A stretch of 64,000 nucleotides of DNA. It comes from an uncultured Actinomycetota bacterium. GTDB taxonomy: Bacteria > Actinomycetota > Actinomycetes > Mycobacteriales > Nakamurellaceae. A model generated the notes under the pieces. That model did not search any database, was not told the origin of the DNA, and saw only the letters and a program-made list of their open reading frames with translations. The stretch is from contig CAVSLZ010000001.1 of NCBI GenBank assembly GCA_963728865.1, positions 163,122 through 227,121 on the forward strand. Reading direction: 5' to 3'. Below, in pieces: positions 49,696-59,540 of the stretch. The position numbers and the translations under genes were made by a program. How positions within the stretch are numbered: the stretch's first letter is position 1; every line of letters starts with the position of its first letter.

Positions 49696-51140
49696 CACAC
49701 GCCTTTCCCGCAGGGTTTGTGATGCCGGGTGATCACCGCGGCCCGGAGCTCGGCCCGGAGTGACCACAGGTCGCCGGTCAGCACCCCGTGAGTACGGGCC
49801 TGTACCAACAGGTTGCCCAACGCGGTCGCCTCTACCGGCCCGGCGATCACCGGTCTACCGCAGGCGTCGGCGATCAACTGGCACAGCAACTCGTTCTGCG
49901 ATCCCCCGCCGACCACATGAACAGTGCGTATGGGATGAGCGGACAGCCGCTCGGCCTCGTTGATTCCGGTCGCGAACGCTGCGGCGAGGCTGTCCAGGAT
50001 GCACCGGACCACTCCGGGAATGGCCTGTGGGATGGTTTGTCCGGCCTCGCGGCAGGCGCGCAAGATCCTGGCGGGCATGTCGCCGGGGGGCAGGAATCTC
50101 GGGTCATCCGGGTCGAATCGTGGTCCGCCGGGCGGAAGCCGACCGGCCTCGGCGAGCACCTCGTCCAGGTCGACGTCCCAGCCCTGCAGGCTCCAGGTCC
50201 TGATGGATTCCGACAGCAACCAGAGCCCCATCACGTTGCGCAGGTAGCGGGTGGTCCCGTCGACACCGCGCTCGTTGGTGAAGTTCGCCGCCCGGCTGAC
50301 CTCGGTCAGCACCGGTCGGTCGAGTTCGACGCCCACCAGACCCCAGGTGCCGCAGGAGATGTAGCCGAACTCGTGGTCCGCCGCGGGGACACCCACCACT
50401 GCCGAGGCGGTGTCGTGGGAGCCGACCGTCGTGACCTGCATCGGTCGGTGCACTCCGGTGTCCTCGACGACCCGGCCGCTGAGCTCGCCCAGCACCGTCC
50501 CGGGCGCCACCACCCGCGGCAGGAGACTCGCAGGAAGGCCCGCCGCAGCGAGGATGTCCGCCGACCAGCGACCGGTGCGGGCGTCCAGCAGACCGGTCGT
50601 GGACGCGTTGGTCTCCTCGGCGACGCGTTCACCGGTCAGCCAGTAGCCGAGCAGGTCGGGAATCAGCAGAGCCTGCACGTCGGGTCGGTGCACGTCCGGG
50701 TCGGCCGCGAATTGGTAGATGGTGTTGAACGGCAGGAATTGCAGGCCGTTGACGGCATAGAGCCGCTCGGCCGGCACGGCTTCATGGACGGTGCCGATCA
50801 CCTGCTTTGTGCGGGAATCTCGATAGTGCCGGGGATTTCCGAGCAGCCGACCGTCTGGGTCGACGAGACCGTAATCAACGGCCCACGAGTCGATCGCCAA
50901 CCCGGCGAGGTCCGGTGCCTGTCTGGAAGCCTCTCGGATGCCGTCGAGAACATTCCGGTAGAGGCCGAGAATGTCCCAGTACAAACCGTCCGGCAGCGCG
51001 ACAGGACCGTTGCGGAACCGGCTCACCTCGGTCAGCTCGATGCGTCCGCCGCCGACCCGGCCGACGATCACCCGGCCACTGGAGGCCCCGAGATCTACCG
51101 CAGCAACGCTGATCTCGCCAGCGGCCTGAGCGGCGGTCAT
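49695..51140 (-). CDS. rhaB: Rhamnulokinase
   Basis: VDLGASSGRV, DSWAVDYG, HYRD, SHDTASA, NVMGLWL, GPVEATALGN. Confidence 0.93.
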   Translation of the reverse strand: MTAAQAAGEISVAAVDLGASSGRVIVGRVGGGRIELTEVSRFRNGPVALPDGLYWDILGLYRNVLDGIREASRQAPDLAGLAIDSWAVDYGLVDPDGRLLGNPRHYRDSRTKQVIGTVHEAVPAERLYAVNGLQFLPFNTIYQFAADPDVHRPDVQALLIPDLLGYWLTGERVAEETNASTTGLLDARTGRWSADILAAAGLPASLLPRVVAPGTVLGELSGRVVEDTGVHRPMQVTTVGSHDTASAVVGVPAADHEFGYISCGTWGLVGVELDRPVLTEVSRAANFTNERGVDGTTRYLRNVMGLWLLSESIRTWSLQGWDVDLDEVLAEAGRLPPGGPRFDPDDPRFLPPGDMPARILRACREAGQTIPQAIPGVVRCILDSLAAAFATGINEAERLSAHPIRTVHVVGGGSQNELLCQLIADACGRPVIAGPVEATALGNLLVQARTHGVLTGDLWSLRAELRAAVITRHHKPCGKGV

Positions 51141-53179
51141 CGCAGGAACGCCGCAGCGACCCCTGAATCAACAGGGATGTGCAAACCGGTGGTCTGCGAC
51201 AGGTCGCCGGCGGTGAGTGCGTAGACGGCGTCACCGATGTGTTCGGGCAGCACCTCCCTGCCCAGCAGCGTGCGCTTGGCGTAGTAGGCGCCGAGGTCCT
51301 CTTCCTTGACCCCGTAGACCGCGGCCCGGGATGCGCCCCACCCGGAGGCGAAGATCCCGGACCCGCGGACCACTCCGTCCGGGTTGATGCCGTTCACCCG
51401 CACCCCGTACTGACCCAGTTCGGCTGCCAGCAGCCGGACCTGGTGGGCCTGGTCGGCCTTGGTGGCCGAATAGGCGATGTTGTTCGGCCCGGCGAAAACA
51501 CTGTTCTTCGAGGAGATGTAGATGATGTCGCCGCCCAGCCCCTGTTCGATCATCACCCTGGCCGCTTCCCGGGACACCAGGAATGACCCTTTGGCCATCA
51601 CGCTGTGCTGCAGATCCCAGTCCTGGACGGTCGTCTCGAGCAGCGGCCTGGACAGCGACAGGCCAGCGTTGTTCACCACCAGATCCACCCCGCCGAACGC
51701 CAGGTTCGCCGCCGCGAACATCTCCGCGACCCCCAGCTCGTCGGCGACATCGGCCCGCACCGCGATCGCGACATCCGGGCCGCCCAGCTCGTCGGCGACC
51801 TGCCGGGCGCCCTCGAGGTTGAGGTCGGCAATGACGACGCAGCCGCCCTCGGCGGCGATCCGGGTGGCGATGGCCTTCCCGATCCCGGAGCCTGCTCCGG
51901 TCACCACTGCGACCCTGGTGGCGAGCGCCTTCGGCTTCGGCATGCGTTGCAGCTTGGCCTCTTCCAGCGCCCAGTATTCGATGGCAAACTTTTCCGCCTC
52001 CGAGATCGGCTGGTAGGTGGAGACCGATTCGGCGCCGCGCATCACGTTGATCGCGTTGACGTAGAACTCCCCCGCGACCCGCGCGGTCTGCTTGTCCTTC
52101 CCGAAGGAGAACATCCCCACCCCGGGGACCAGCACGATCGCCGGATCCGCACCCCTGATGGCGGGGCTGTCAGGAGTGGCATTGCGGTCGTAGTAACCCT
52201 GGTAATCCGCGCGGTACGCCTCGTGCAGTTCCACCAGTCTGACCTTGATCTCCGCGACCGACGCCGACGCCGGCAGATTGACCACCAGTGGCTTGACCTT
52301 GGTCCGCAGAAAATGGTCGGGGCAGGACGTGCCCAGCTCGGCCAGTAGCGCGAGCTTTTCCCGGCCGAGGAACTCGAGGACCACGTCGGAGTCGGTGTAG
52401 TGCCCGACCTGCGGCTTGTCGGTGGACGCCAGACCACGGACGGTCGGCGCCAGCGCGGCGGCCTTGGCACGACGTTCGACTTCCGGCAGGGGTTCGAATC
52501 CCGGTACGACGGCACCGAACGGTTCGGCGGAACCGGTCTCGGCCAGGAAGGCCTCCGCTGTCCGGATGATCTCCAGCGAGTTCGCCTCCGCCTGCTCGGA
52601 GGTGTCGCCCCAGGCGGTGATGCCGTGGCCGCCGAGGATGCAGCCGATCGCCTGCGGGTTCGCGGTCTTGATGGCTGCGATATCCAGCCCCAACTGGAAG
52701 CCCGGACGCCGCCACGGCACCCAGACGACCCGGTCCCCGAACGCTTTGCGGGTCAACTCCTCCCCATCGGCGGCGGTGGCGAGAGCGATCCCGGAATCAG
52801 GGTGCAGATGATCGACGTGCGCGGCGTCGACGAGTCCGTGCATAGCGGTGTCGATCGACGGGGCGGCGCCCCCCTTGCCGTGCAGGCAGTAGTCGAACGC
52901 GCCGACCATCTCATCTTCCCGGTCCACCCCCGGGTACACGTCCACCAGGGCGCGCAGCCGGTCCAGGCGCAGCACCGCGAGGCCCTTCGCCGTCAGGGTG
53001 CCGAGATCGCCACCGGATCCCTTCACCCACAACAGCTCCACCGGCTCCCCGGTGACCGGGTCGGTCTCGGTGCCCTTGGCCGAGGTGTTCCCGCCGGCGT
53101 AGTTGGTGTTGCGCGGGTCCGCGCCCAACCTGTTGGATCGCGCGATCAGTTCCTGCGCGGCCGTCGGGGCATCACTCAT
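51137..53179 (-). CDS. rhaD: Bifunctional rhamnulose-1-phosphate aldolase / SDR dehydrogenase (RhaEW-type)
   Basis: YAGGNTSAK, PSIDT, DHLHPD, CPDHFLRTK, EYWALE, TGAGSGIG, YSATK. Confidence 0.93.
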   Translation of the reverse strand: MSDAPTAAQELIARSNRLGADPRNTNYAGGNTSAKGTETDPVTGEPVELLWVKGSGGDLGTLTAKGLAVLRLDRLRALVDVYPGVDREDEMVGAFDYCLHGKGGAAPSIDTAMHGLVDAAHVDHLHPDSGIALATAADGEELTRKAFGDRVVWVPWRRPGFQLGLDIAAIKTANPQAIGCILGGHGITAWGDTSEQAEANSLEIIRTAEAFLAETGSAEPFGAVVPGFEPLPEVERRAKAAALAPTVRGLASTDKPQVGHYTDSDVVLEFLGREKLALLAELGTSCPDHFLRTKVKPLVVNLPASASVAEIKVRLVELHEAYRADYQGYYDRNATPDSPAIRGADPAIVLVPGVGMFSFGKDKQTARVAGEFYVNAINVMRGAESVSTYQPISEAEKFAIEYWALEEAKLQRMPKPKALATRVAVVTGAGSGIGKAIATRIAAEGGCVVIADLNLEGARQVADELGGPDVAIAVRADVADELGVAEMFAAANLAFGGVDLVVNNAGLSLSRPLLETTVQDWDLQHSVMAKGSFLVSREAARVMIEQGLGGDIIYISSKNSVFAGPNNIAYSATKADQAHQVRLLAAELGQYGVRVNGINPDGVVRGSGIFASGWGASRAAVYGVKEEDLGAYYAKRTLLGREVLPEHIGDAVYALTAGDLSQTTGLHIPVDSGVAAAFLR

Positions 53180-53250
53180 CGAACGTCATCTCCTGCATCG
53201 GGAAAGCGGAACAATCGGGAAGGGTGTGAGCACTGCAACGCATTCGGCGT

Positions 53251-54420
53251 TCAGGCTCCCCAGCTGGCCTGGGTGCCGCCGACCCGCTCCCGGGCGACTC
53301 TCGCGGCGTACCCGGAGTCCTTGAACGCCCGCAGCGGGTCACGGGGTAGGCCGAGGTTCTCCCGCCTATCGGCCAGCACGCCGCGGACATCGGTCTCATA
53401 GGCGTCCATCAGCACCCCGTGCGCACCGAGGACGTCACCTGCCTGTTGGGCTGCGCGCAGGGCGTCCTGGTCGACCAGCAACGCCTTGGCCGTCGCGGCC
53501 TGCACGTTCATCACCGACCTGATCTGCCCGGGGATCTTCTCCTCGATGTTGTGACACTGGTCCAGCATGAAATTGACGCCGGAACCGGGCAGGTGCGCCC
53601 CCGCCTCGGTGATCTCGAACATGATCCGGAACAACTGGAACGGGTCCGCGCTGCCGACGATCAGATCGTCGTCGGCGTTGTACCGGGAATTGAAATCAAA
53701 CGCGCCCAACCGGCCCTGCCGCACCAACTGCATCACGATGAACTCGATGTTCGTGGACTGCGCATGATGCCCGGTGTCCAGGATGACCTTCGCCCGCTCC
53801 CCCAACGCCAGGCAATGCAACAACGACGTACCCCAATCCGGGACATCCATCGTGTAGAAGTACGGCTCGAAGATCTTGTACTCCAACAACAACCGCTGAT
53901 CATCGTCCAGCGCCGCATAGATCTCCGCGAGGGATTCCGCCAACCGGTCCTGCCGGCCGGCCATCGAATCCTGACCGGCGTAGTTCGTGCCGTCCGGCAA
54001 CCAGATCTTCAGATCCTTGGACCCCGTCGCCCGCATCACCTCAATGCACTCCACATGGTGCGCAACGGCCTTCGCCCGGATCTTCCGGTCCTTGTTCGTC
54101 AGCGACCCCAACCGGTAATCGTCATCCTGGAACAGGTTCGAATTCACCGACCCGATCGTCACACCCAATTCCTTGGCGTGCGCCTCCAGAGCCGCGTAAT
54201 CCTCCACCTTGTCCCACGGGATGTGGATCGACACCTTCGGCGCCAACCCGGTCACGGAATGTACCTGCGCGGCGTCGGCGATCTTCTCCCACGGATCCCG
54301 CGGCGTCCCCGCAGTGGTGAACACCTTGAACCGGGTGCCCGAGTTGCCATACGCCCAGGAAGGCACCTCGATGCCGAAAGTGTCGAGGTCACGCAATGCG
54401 GCGGGGATGCTGTGAGACAT
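53251..54420 (-). CDS. rhaI: L-rhamnose isomerase (RhaI type)
   Basis: PSWAYGNSGTRF, HIPWD, LEYKIFEP, DTGHH, DDDL, LDQCHN. Confidence 0.95.
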   Translation of the reverse strand: MSHSIPAALRDLDTFGIEVPSWAYGNSGTRFKVFTTAGTPRDPWEKIADAAQVHSVTGLAPKVSIHIPWDKVEDYAALEAHAKELGVTIGSVNSNLFQDDDYRLGSLTNKDRKIRAKAVAHHVECIEVMRATGSKDLKIWLPDGTNYAGQDSMAGRQDRLAESLAEIYAALDDDQRLLLEYKIFEPYFYTMDVPDWGTSLLHCLALGERAKVILDTGHHAQSTNIEFIVMQLVRQGRLGAFDFNSRYNADDDLIVGSADPFQLFRIMFEITEAGAHLPGSGVNFMLDQCHNIEEKIPGQIRSVMNVQAATAKALLVDQDALRAAQQAGDVLGAHGVLMDAYETDVRGVLADRRENLGLPRDPLRAFKDSGYAARVARERVGGTQASWGA

Positions 54421-54472
54421 GTGAAGTCCTCTATTTCGAGACGGAATCAGCTGCGGCAGAATGGGAGTGGAC

Positions 54473-55576
54473 TCAGCGGGACCCGCCGTACCGGCGGTTC
54501 GTGATGCCGTTGAGCAGAGCGGCGAAGATGAGCACGGTGCCCAGCGCGAGCAGTTGGTACTGGGACCCCTCGTTGCCGATGAAGGCCAGCAGGATGCCGG
54601 CGTTCAGCCACACGATCAGCAGCGTGGCCAGCACGACTCCCGCAACCCGGCCGATCCCGCCGGTGATGGCGACACCGCCCAGGACCGCGATGGTGATGGC
54701 GGGCAGGGCCATGCCGCTGCCAGAGACGCCGGCGTCGGGACGCGCGGAGGCGAACTGGCCGACGGTGACGACGGCGACCAATCCGGAGATCACGCCGGCG
54801 TAGACGTAGGCCTTGAACCTGGTGTCCTTCACCGGGAGACCCGCCCACTGACCGGCGGTGTCGTTGGTTCCGATCGCATACAGCCTGCGACCGTAGGTGG
54901 TGCGCGCCAACAGCACCCAGACGATGACGACGGTCGGGATCATGAACGTGAAGATTCCCAGCGGCACGTCCGGCAGTTGGGAGCCGACCACCGGCAGTTC
55001 CACGGACCGGCTGAGCGAGAACAGTTCCTGGATCGGCGGCGTGCTGATCGGGCGCTGGTTGTTGATGACGATGGCCAGCGACTTGTAGGCGTAGAACGTG
55101 GCGAGGGTTGCGATCAGCGCGGGAAAGCCGATGTAGGCGACTAGGAATCCGTTGACGGCGCCGCACAGGCCGCCGAACGCGGCGGTCAGCAGGATGGCTG
55201 TCCACAGAGGCCATCCCCACTGGCCGTAGGCGAAGCCGAACACCATGCCCGCGAGCGAAACGATGGCCCCGACGGACAGGTCGATACCGCCGCGCCCGGA
55301 CATGATGACCAGCAATTCCGCGAGGCCGAGCATGACCAGCGGCACCGCGTTGATCAGCGAGCCCACCAGGTAGTCCGCGTCGTAGGCGCCGGTCAGGTAA
55401 CCCCCGGCATCCATGAACGTGAACCAGACGACCACGCCGACGATGAGGACGGCGAGCAGCACGATGCGCTGGGTGAGCAGGGCCCGCAGCACGCGGGCCG
55501 CGAGAGATTCGGTCGGTCCCGCCGGCGGTCCGGGAGCGGGTGCCGCGGTGCTGTCGGTGACGGTCGGTGTGCTCAT
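54473..55576 (-). CDS. Sugar ABC transporter permease
   Basis: GGIDLSVG, ALIATL, YAIGTN, AVLGG. Confidence 0.93.
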   Translation of the reverse strand: MSTPTVTDSTAAPAPGPPAGPTESLAARVLRALLTQRIVLLAVLIVGVVVWFTFMDAGGYLTGAYDADYLVGSLINAVPLVMLGLAELLVIMSGRGGIDLSVGAIVSLAGMVFGFAYGQWGWPLWTAILLTAAFGGLCGAVNGFLVAYIGFPALIATLATFYAYKSLAIVINNQRPISTPPIQELFSLSRSVELPVVGSQLPDVPLGIFTFMIPTVVIVWVLLARTTYGRRLYAIGTNDTAGQWAGLPVKDTRFKAYVYAGVISGLVAVVTVGQFASARPDAGVSGSGMALPAITIAVLGGVAITGGIGRVAGVVLATLLIVWLNAGILLAFIGNEGSQYQLLALGTVLIFAALLNGITNRRYGGSR

Positions 55577-56625
55577 GTGCCCTTCCTTGCCCGCTGGCGG
55601 ATCAGGTCGGCTCCGACCGCGATGATGATGAAAATGCCGACGAACAGGTCCGACAGCTGCGAGCTCCACCCGAGCTGGGTGACGCCTGAGGTCACGGTCT
55701 GCACCAGCAGCGCCCCGAGGACGGTGCCGAGCACGGATCCGCGTCCGCCCATGATCGACGTGCCGCCGATGACGACGGCCGCGATGACGGCGAGTTCCTT
55801 GCCGCTGCCGACCGTCTGGTCCAGTGTCGAGGTGCCCTGCGCGATGACGAAGCAGGACGCCAGCCCGACCAGCAGTCCCGTGATCACGTAGGCCAGCAGG
55901 ATGCGTCGCTGAACCCGCACCCCGGCGAGCCGGGCGGCGTGGGCGTCACCGCCGATTGCGTAGAAGTGCCGGCCGCCCGCGGTGTGCCGCAGGTACCACC
56001 AGGCGACTGCGGCGATGACGACGGTGATCAGGAAAGCGTGCGGCACGCCGAAGGTTCGGCCGGCAACCCCGCGACCGAAGACGTCGAAGGTCTGCGGGAT
56101 GTTGTTGACCGTGCTCGATCCGAAGATCTGCAGCCCGATGAAGAGGAACAGGTTCGCGGTGCCGAACGTGATGATGATGGCGTGCACCCGGCCGTAGGCG
56201 ATCAACAGGCCGTTGACCAGGCCCAGCATTCCGCCGACCACGACGGACACGAACACCGCCAGAGGAAGCGAGAGTCCCTGTGTGACCATCAGCTTGGCCG
56301 TGATGACCGAGCAGACCATGATGGCGGCGCCAACCGAGACGTCGATGCCACCGGTGATGATGATGATCGTCATGCCGACACCGGCAAGGGCGATCGGTGC
56401 GGTGGACACCAGCAGGGGCTGGATCGAGCCGGCGGTGAAGAAGGCCGGGGTGGCGAACGCGAGGATCACCCACAGGGCTGCGATGACCCCGATCAGCACC
56501 AGTTCCTGACCGGAGAGTGGCGACGGCAGCACCCGCCCACGGGGCTGCGGCGCGACGGTGCGAGGCTCGCCGGCGGGGGGACCGGGATCCGGTCGGCCCC
56601 GCGAGTTGGTGACGGTCGTACTCAT
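55573..56625 (-). CDS. Sugar ABC transporter permease
   Basis: GGIDVSVG, YAIGGD, AAVVIGG. Confidence 0.93.
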   Translation of the reverse strand: MSTTVTNSRGRPDPGPPAGEPRTVAPQPRGRVLPSPLSGQELVLIGVIAALWVILAFATPAFFTAGSIQPLLVSTAPIALAGVGMTIIIITGGIDVSVGAAIMVCSVITAKLMVTQGLSLPLAVFVSVVVGGMLGLVNGLLIAYGRVHAIIITFGTANLFLFIGLQIFGSSTVNNIPQTFDVFGRGVAGRTFGVPHAFLITVVIAAVAWWYLRHTAGGRHFYAIGGDAHAARLAGVRVQRRILLAYVITGLLVGLASCFVIAQGTSTLDQTVGSGKELAVIAAVVIGGTSIMGGRGSVLGTVLGALLVQTVTSGVTQLGWSSQLSDLFVGIFIIIAVGADLIRQRARKGT

Positions 56626-58199
56626 GCGGCGTTCCCTTCCTCGTCGACTGCCCCGGCGGCGGCGGCGAGAACATCGACCTGGGTGGCCTCGGGGCCGAAC
56701 TCGACCGTGGTGGTTCCCCGCCGGACGACCAGCAGGCGGTCCGAGATGCGCAGTGCCTCGGGCAGATCGGAGGTCACCACGAGCACGGCAGAACCGTTCT
56801 CCGCCAGTTCGGTGATGATGCGGTGGATCTCCTCCTTGGCGCCGACGTCGACGCCCTGGGTGGGTTCGGCGAGCACGAGCACCTCCGGCCGCTCGACGAG
56901 TTGCCTTGCCAGCACGACCTTCTGGGCGTTGCCGCCGGACATGGCGCCGATGGCCTGCCGCTCGTGCGGTGTCTTGACCGCGAGACGCTTGATCATGTCC
57001 TGGGCGACCGACTTCTCCTTCGCCCGGTCCATCAACGTCCCGAACCGCGACAGCAACTTCAGGTGCCCGGCGGAGATGTTGAAGGCGATCGACTGGAAGG
57101 AGAACATTCCCTCGAGCTTGCGGTTGGCGGGGAGCAGGGCAATGCCCAGCTTCTGTGCCTCCTGCGGGCTGCGCGGGGATATCGGTGTGCCGTTGAGCAG
57201 GATCTGCCCGCCGGTTACCCGGTCCATCCCGTAGACACAGGCCGCGATCTCCGATACACCCGATCCGACAAGCCCGTAGAGGCCGACGATCTCGCCGCGC
57301 TTGACCTGCACATTGACGTCGTGGAACTTCCCGGTCCGGGTCAGCCCGGCCAGTTCGAGGGCAGGTTCGCCGTCCGGTACGGTCCGCTCCGGGCGGTCGT
57401 CCGACAGAATCCCGCCGACCATCAGCTCGGCCATCTGCCGCACCGTCAGGTCCTGAATGGGATAACTGCCGATGGTCCGGCCGTCCCGCATGATCGTGAC
57501 CTGCTGCGCGATGCGGGACAGCTCGTCAAGGCGGTGGGAGATGTAGATGACCGAGACGCCGGATGCCGTCAGCCTGCGGACAACGGCGAACAGCACCTCG
57601 ATCTCGGCGTCGGTCAGGATGGCCGACGGCTCGTCGAGGATCAGCACCTTGGCGTTTCCGGCGAGGGCCTTGGCGATCGAAACCTGTTGCTGCTGCGCGA
57701 TCGACAGGGTGCCGACCGGGACGGTGGCGTATCTGCCGGGCAGGCCCAGCAACTCCAGCAATTCGGTGACCCGCGCATTCTGTGCCGCCCAGTCCACCCG
57801 CGGTCCCTTGCGGATCTCACGCCCGGTGAAGATGTTCTCCGAAACGGTGAGCTCCGAGAACAGCTGCGGTTCCTGGTAGACGGTAGCGATTCCGAGCGCC
57901 ATCGCCTCGGTGGTGGAGGAGATGAACACCTCGGTGCCCTCGAACTCGATCCGCCCGGTGTCCGCGGACTCGACGCCCGAAACGATCTTGATCATGGTGG
58001 ACTTGCCCGCGCCGTTCTCCCCGATCAGCGCATGGACCTCGCCCGTCCGCACGATGAGGTCCGCGTTCCGGATGGCGTGGACGGCACCGAACCTCTTGGA
58101 GATCCCGGTCAACTGAAGTCGCACCGGGGCGCCGGCCGAGGCCGCGGCGGTCCCGTCCGCCGATGACGCCGGCGTGCCGGATGGTCCGTCGAGAGTCAC
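56622..58199 (-). CDS. Sugar ABC transporter ATP-binding protein (fused double domain)
   Basis: GENGAGKST, ILDEP, YISH, MSGGNAQK. Confidence 0.95.
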   Translation of the reverse strand: MTLDGPSGTPASSADGTAAASAGAPVRLQLTGISKRFGAVHAIRNADLIVRTGEVHALIGENGAGKSTMIKIVSGVESADTGRIEFEGTEVFISSTTEAMALGIATVYQEPQLFSELTVSENIFTGREIRKGPRVDWAAQNARVTELLELLGLPGRYATVPVGTLSIAQQQQVSIAKALAGNAKVLILDEPSAILTDAEIEVLFAVVRRLTASGVSVIYISHRLDELSRIAQQVTIMRDGRTIGSYPIQDLTVRQMAELMVGGILSDDRPERTVPDGEPALELAGLTRTGKFHDVNVQVKRGEIVGLYGLVGSGVSEIAACVYGMDRVTGGQILLNGTPISPRSPQEAQKLGIALLPANRKLEGMFSFQSIAFNISAGHLKLLSRFGTLMDRAKEKSVAQDMIKRLAVKTPHERQAIGAMSGGNAQKVVLARQLVERPEVLVLAEPTQGVDVGAKEEIHRIITELAENGSAVLVVTSDLPEALRISDRLLVVRRGTTTVEFGPEATQVDVLAAAAGAVDEEGNAA

Positions 58200-58266
58200 T
58201 GCTGGTACTCCCTTTCCGCATCGCGGTGGATCTGGCGGGTGGATCTGGCGGGTGGAACGTGCGGGT

Positions 58267-58308
58267 CGCCGGCCGATCGGGTGGGGGGTCGCACCCGACC
58301 GGCCGGCG
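58267..58308 (-). terminator. GC-rich stem-loop between the SBP and ATPase genes (mRNA stabiliser or partial terminator)
   Basis: 17-bp arms cgccggccgatcgggtg / cacccgaccggccggcg with one wobble. Confidence 0.6.
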
Positions 58309-58322
58309 GTATCACCCCTCGG

Positions 58323-59390
58323 TCAGTAGCTGAACTGGTCGACGTTGTCCTGGGTGATGGCCAGTGCCGGCCCGAGCAGCAGCGTCTTGGTGGCCTCGTC
58401 GTAGGCGACCTCCGGCAGCTTCGCGCTGACGTTGTTCGTCGCCGCGAACGGCTTGTCCTCCGCGAGCTGCGCACCTGTCCATGCCGTCAGGTATCCCAGG
58501 TTCTCCACGTCCCACAGGATGGACGCGGACGAGGAACCATCAGCCAGGTAGGGCTTCATCGACTGCGGCGTGCCGAGCCCGACGGTGAAGACCTTGCCGA
58601 CCTTCCCGGCGTCCCGAACAGCCTGCGCCACACCGGGTGCCGAAGAGGTGCACTCCCCGACCAGACCGGTGAGATCCGGGTGCGCGTTCATCAGGTCGGT
58701 CGCCATCTGGGTGGCCTTCGCCTGATCCTCACCGGCGTAGACCGTGTCGACGATCTCCGCGTCCGGGTACTTGGACGCCGTGTACGCCTCCTGGACCTTG
58801 ATCCAGGCGTTCAGGTTCTCCGCGGTCTGACCACAGGACACGATGGCGTACTTACCCTTTCCGCCCATCGCCGTCATCAATGCATCGGTCAGGCCCTCAC
58901 CGATGCCGTCGACCGATGCCTGGTTGACGAACGCCTCGCGAACGGATGACGGGGCGTCGGTGTCGGCGGTGGCGACGTGAATCCCCGCGTCCTTGGCCTG
59001 CTGCAGCAGCGGGGCCATGGAATCGGGGTCGTTCGGGGCGACGATGAGGGTGTCGACCTTCTGCTGGATGAAGGACCGGACGATGTCCGCCTGCGCCGCG
59101 GCGTCGGCCTGGGTCGGCCCCTGGTACAGCCACTCGACGTTGCCCAGCTCGGCAGCGGCGGCCTTTCCGCCCGCGTTCATCGCCTCGAAGTACGGAACGC
59201 CCTGCAGCTTCGGCACGAACGCGACCTTGACCTTGGCGCCGGACGCTGCGGATGCAGCACCGGACGATGCCGCGGCGGGCGCGGTTCCTGCCGCTGCCGG
59301 TTCCTCGTTCTTCTTGGTGCACGCGGTGAGCATCAAGGTGGTCGCAACACCGACCGCAACCAGGGCGGTGAGTTTTCGGGCAGGTCGCAT
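58323..59390 (-). CDS. Sugar ABC substrate-binding lipoprotein (RhaS/LsrB-like)
   Basis: Lipobox LTAC; FVPK...PYF; ILWD. Confidence 0.92.
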   Translation of the reverse strand: MRPARKLTALVAVGVATTLMLTACTKKNEEPAAAGTAPAAASSGAASAASGAKVKVAFVPKLQGVPYFEAMNAGGKAAAAELGNVEWLYQGPTQADAAAQADIVRSFIQQKVDTLIVAPNDPDSMAPLLQQAKDAGIHVATADTDAPSSVREAFVNQASVDGIGEGLTDALMTAMGGKGKYAIVSCGQTAENLNAWIKVQEAYTASKYPDAEIVDTVYAGEDQAKATQMATDLMNAHPDLTGLVGECTSSAPGVAQAVRDAGKVGKVFTVGLGTPQSMKPYLADGSSSASILWDVENLGYLTAWTGAQLAEDKPFAATNNVSAKLPEVAYDEATKTLLLGPALAITQDNVDQFSY

Positions 59391-59540
59391 TGAGTACTCC
59401 AGGGGTGAGCGGCCCGAGGGCCGGTGGAATGGAACAGCATCGGTCCATGTGGACAGACACGCGTGGGGAACAACACCGAACTGCGAGCCGGTCCAATAGG
59501 CCCGGCCGCGGTTCTGGGCTGTCGAAATGCAGCGGCGCTT

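Noticed and set aside
52487-52505. GGTTCGAATCCC as a tRNA fragment or attR
   Set aside because: Lies inside the rhaD coding sequence and the flanks do not match tRNA-Arg
58224-58256. 13-bp tandem repeat ggtggatctggcg
   Set aside because: About 2.5 copies in an intergenic spacer; no supportable function
58323-59390. AI-2 (LsrB) quorum-sensing uptake
   Set aside because: No lsrK/F/G; the rha catabolic context explains the transporter
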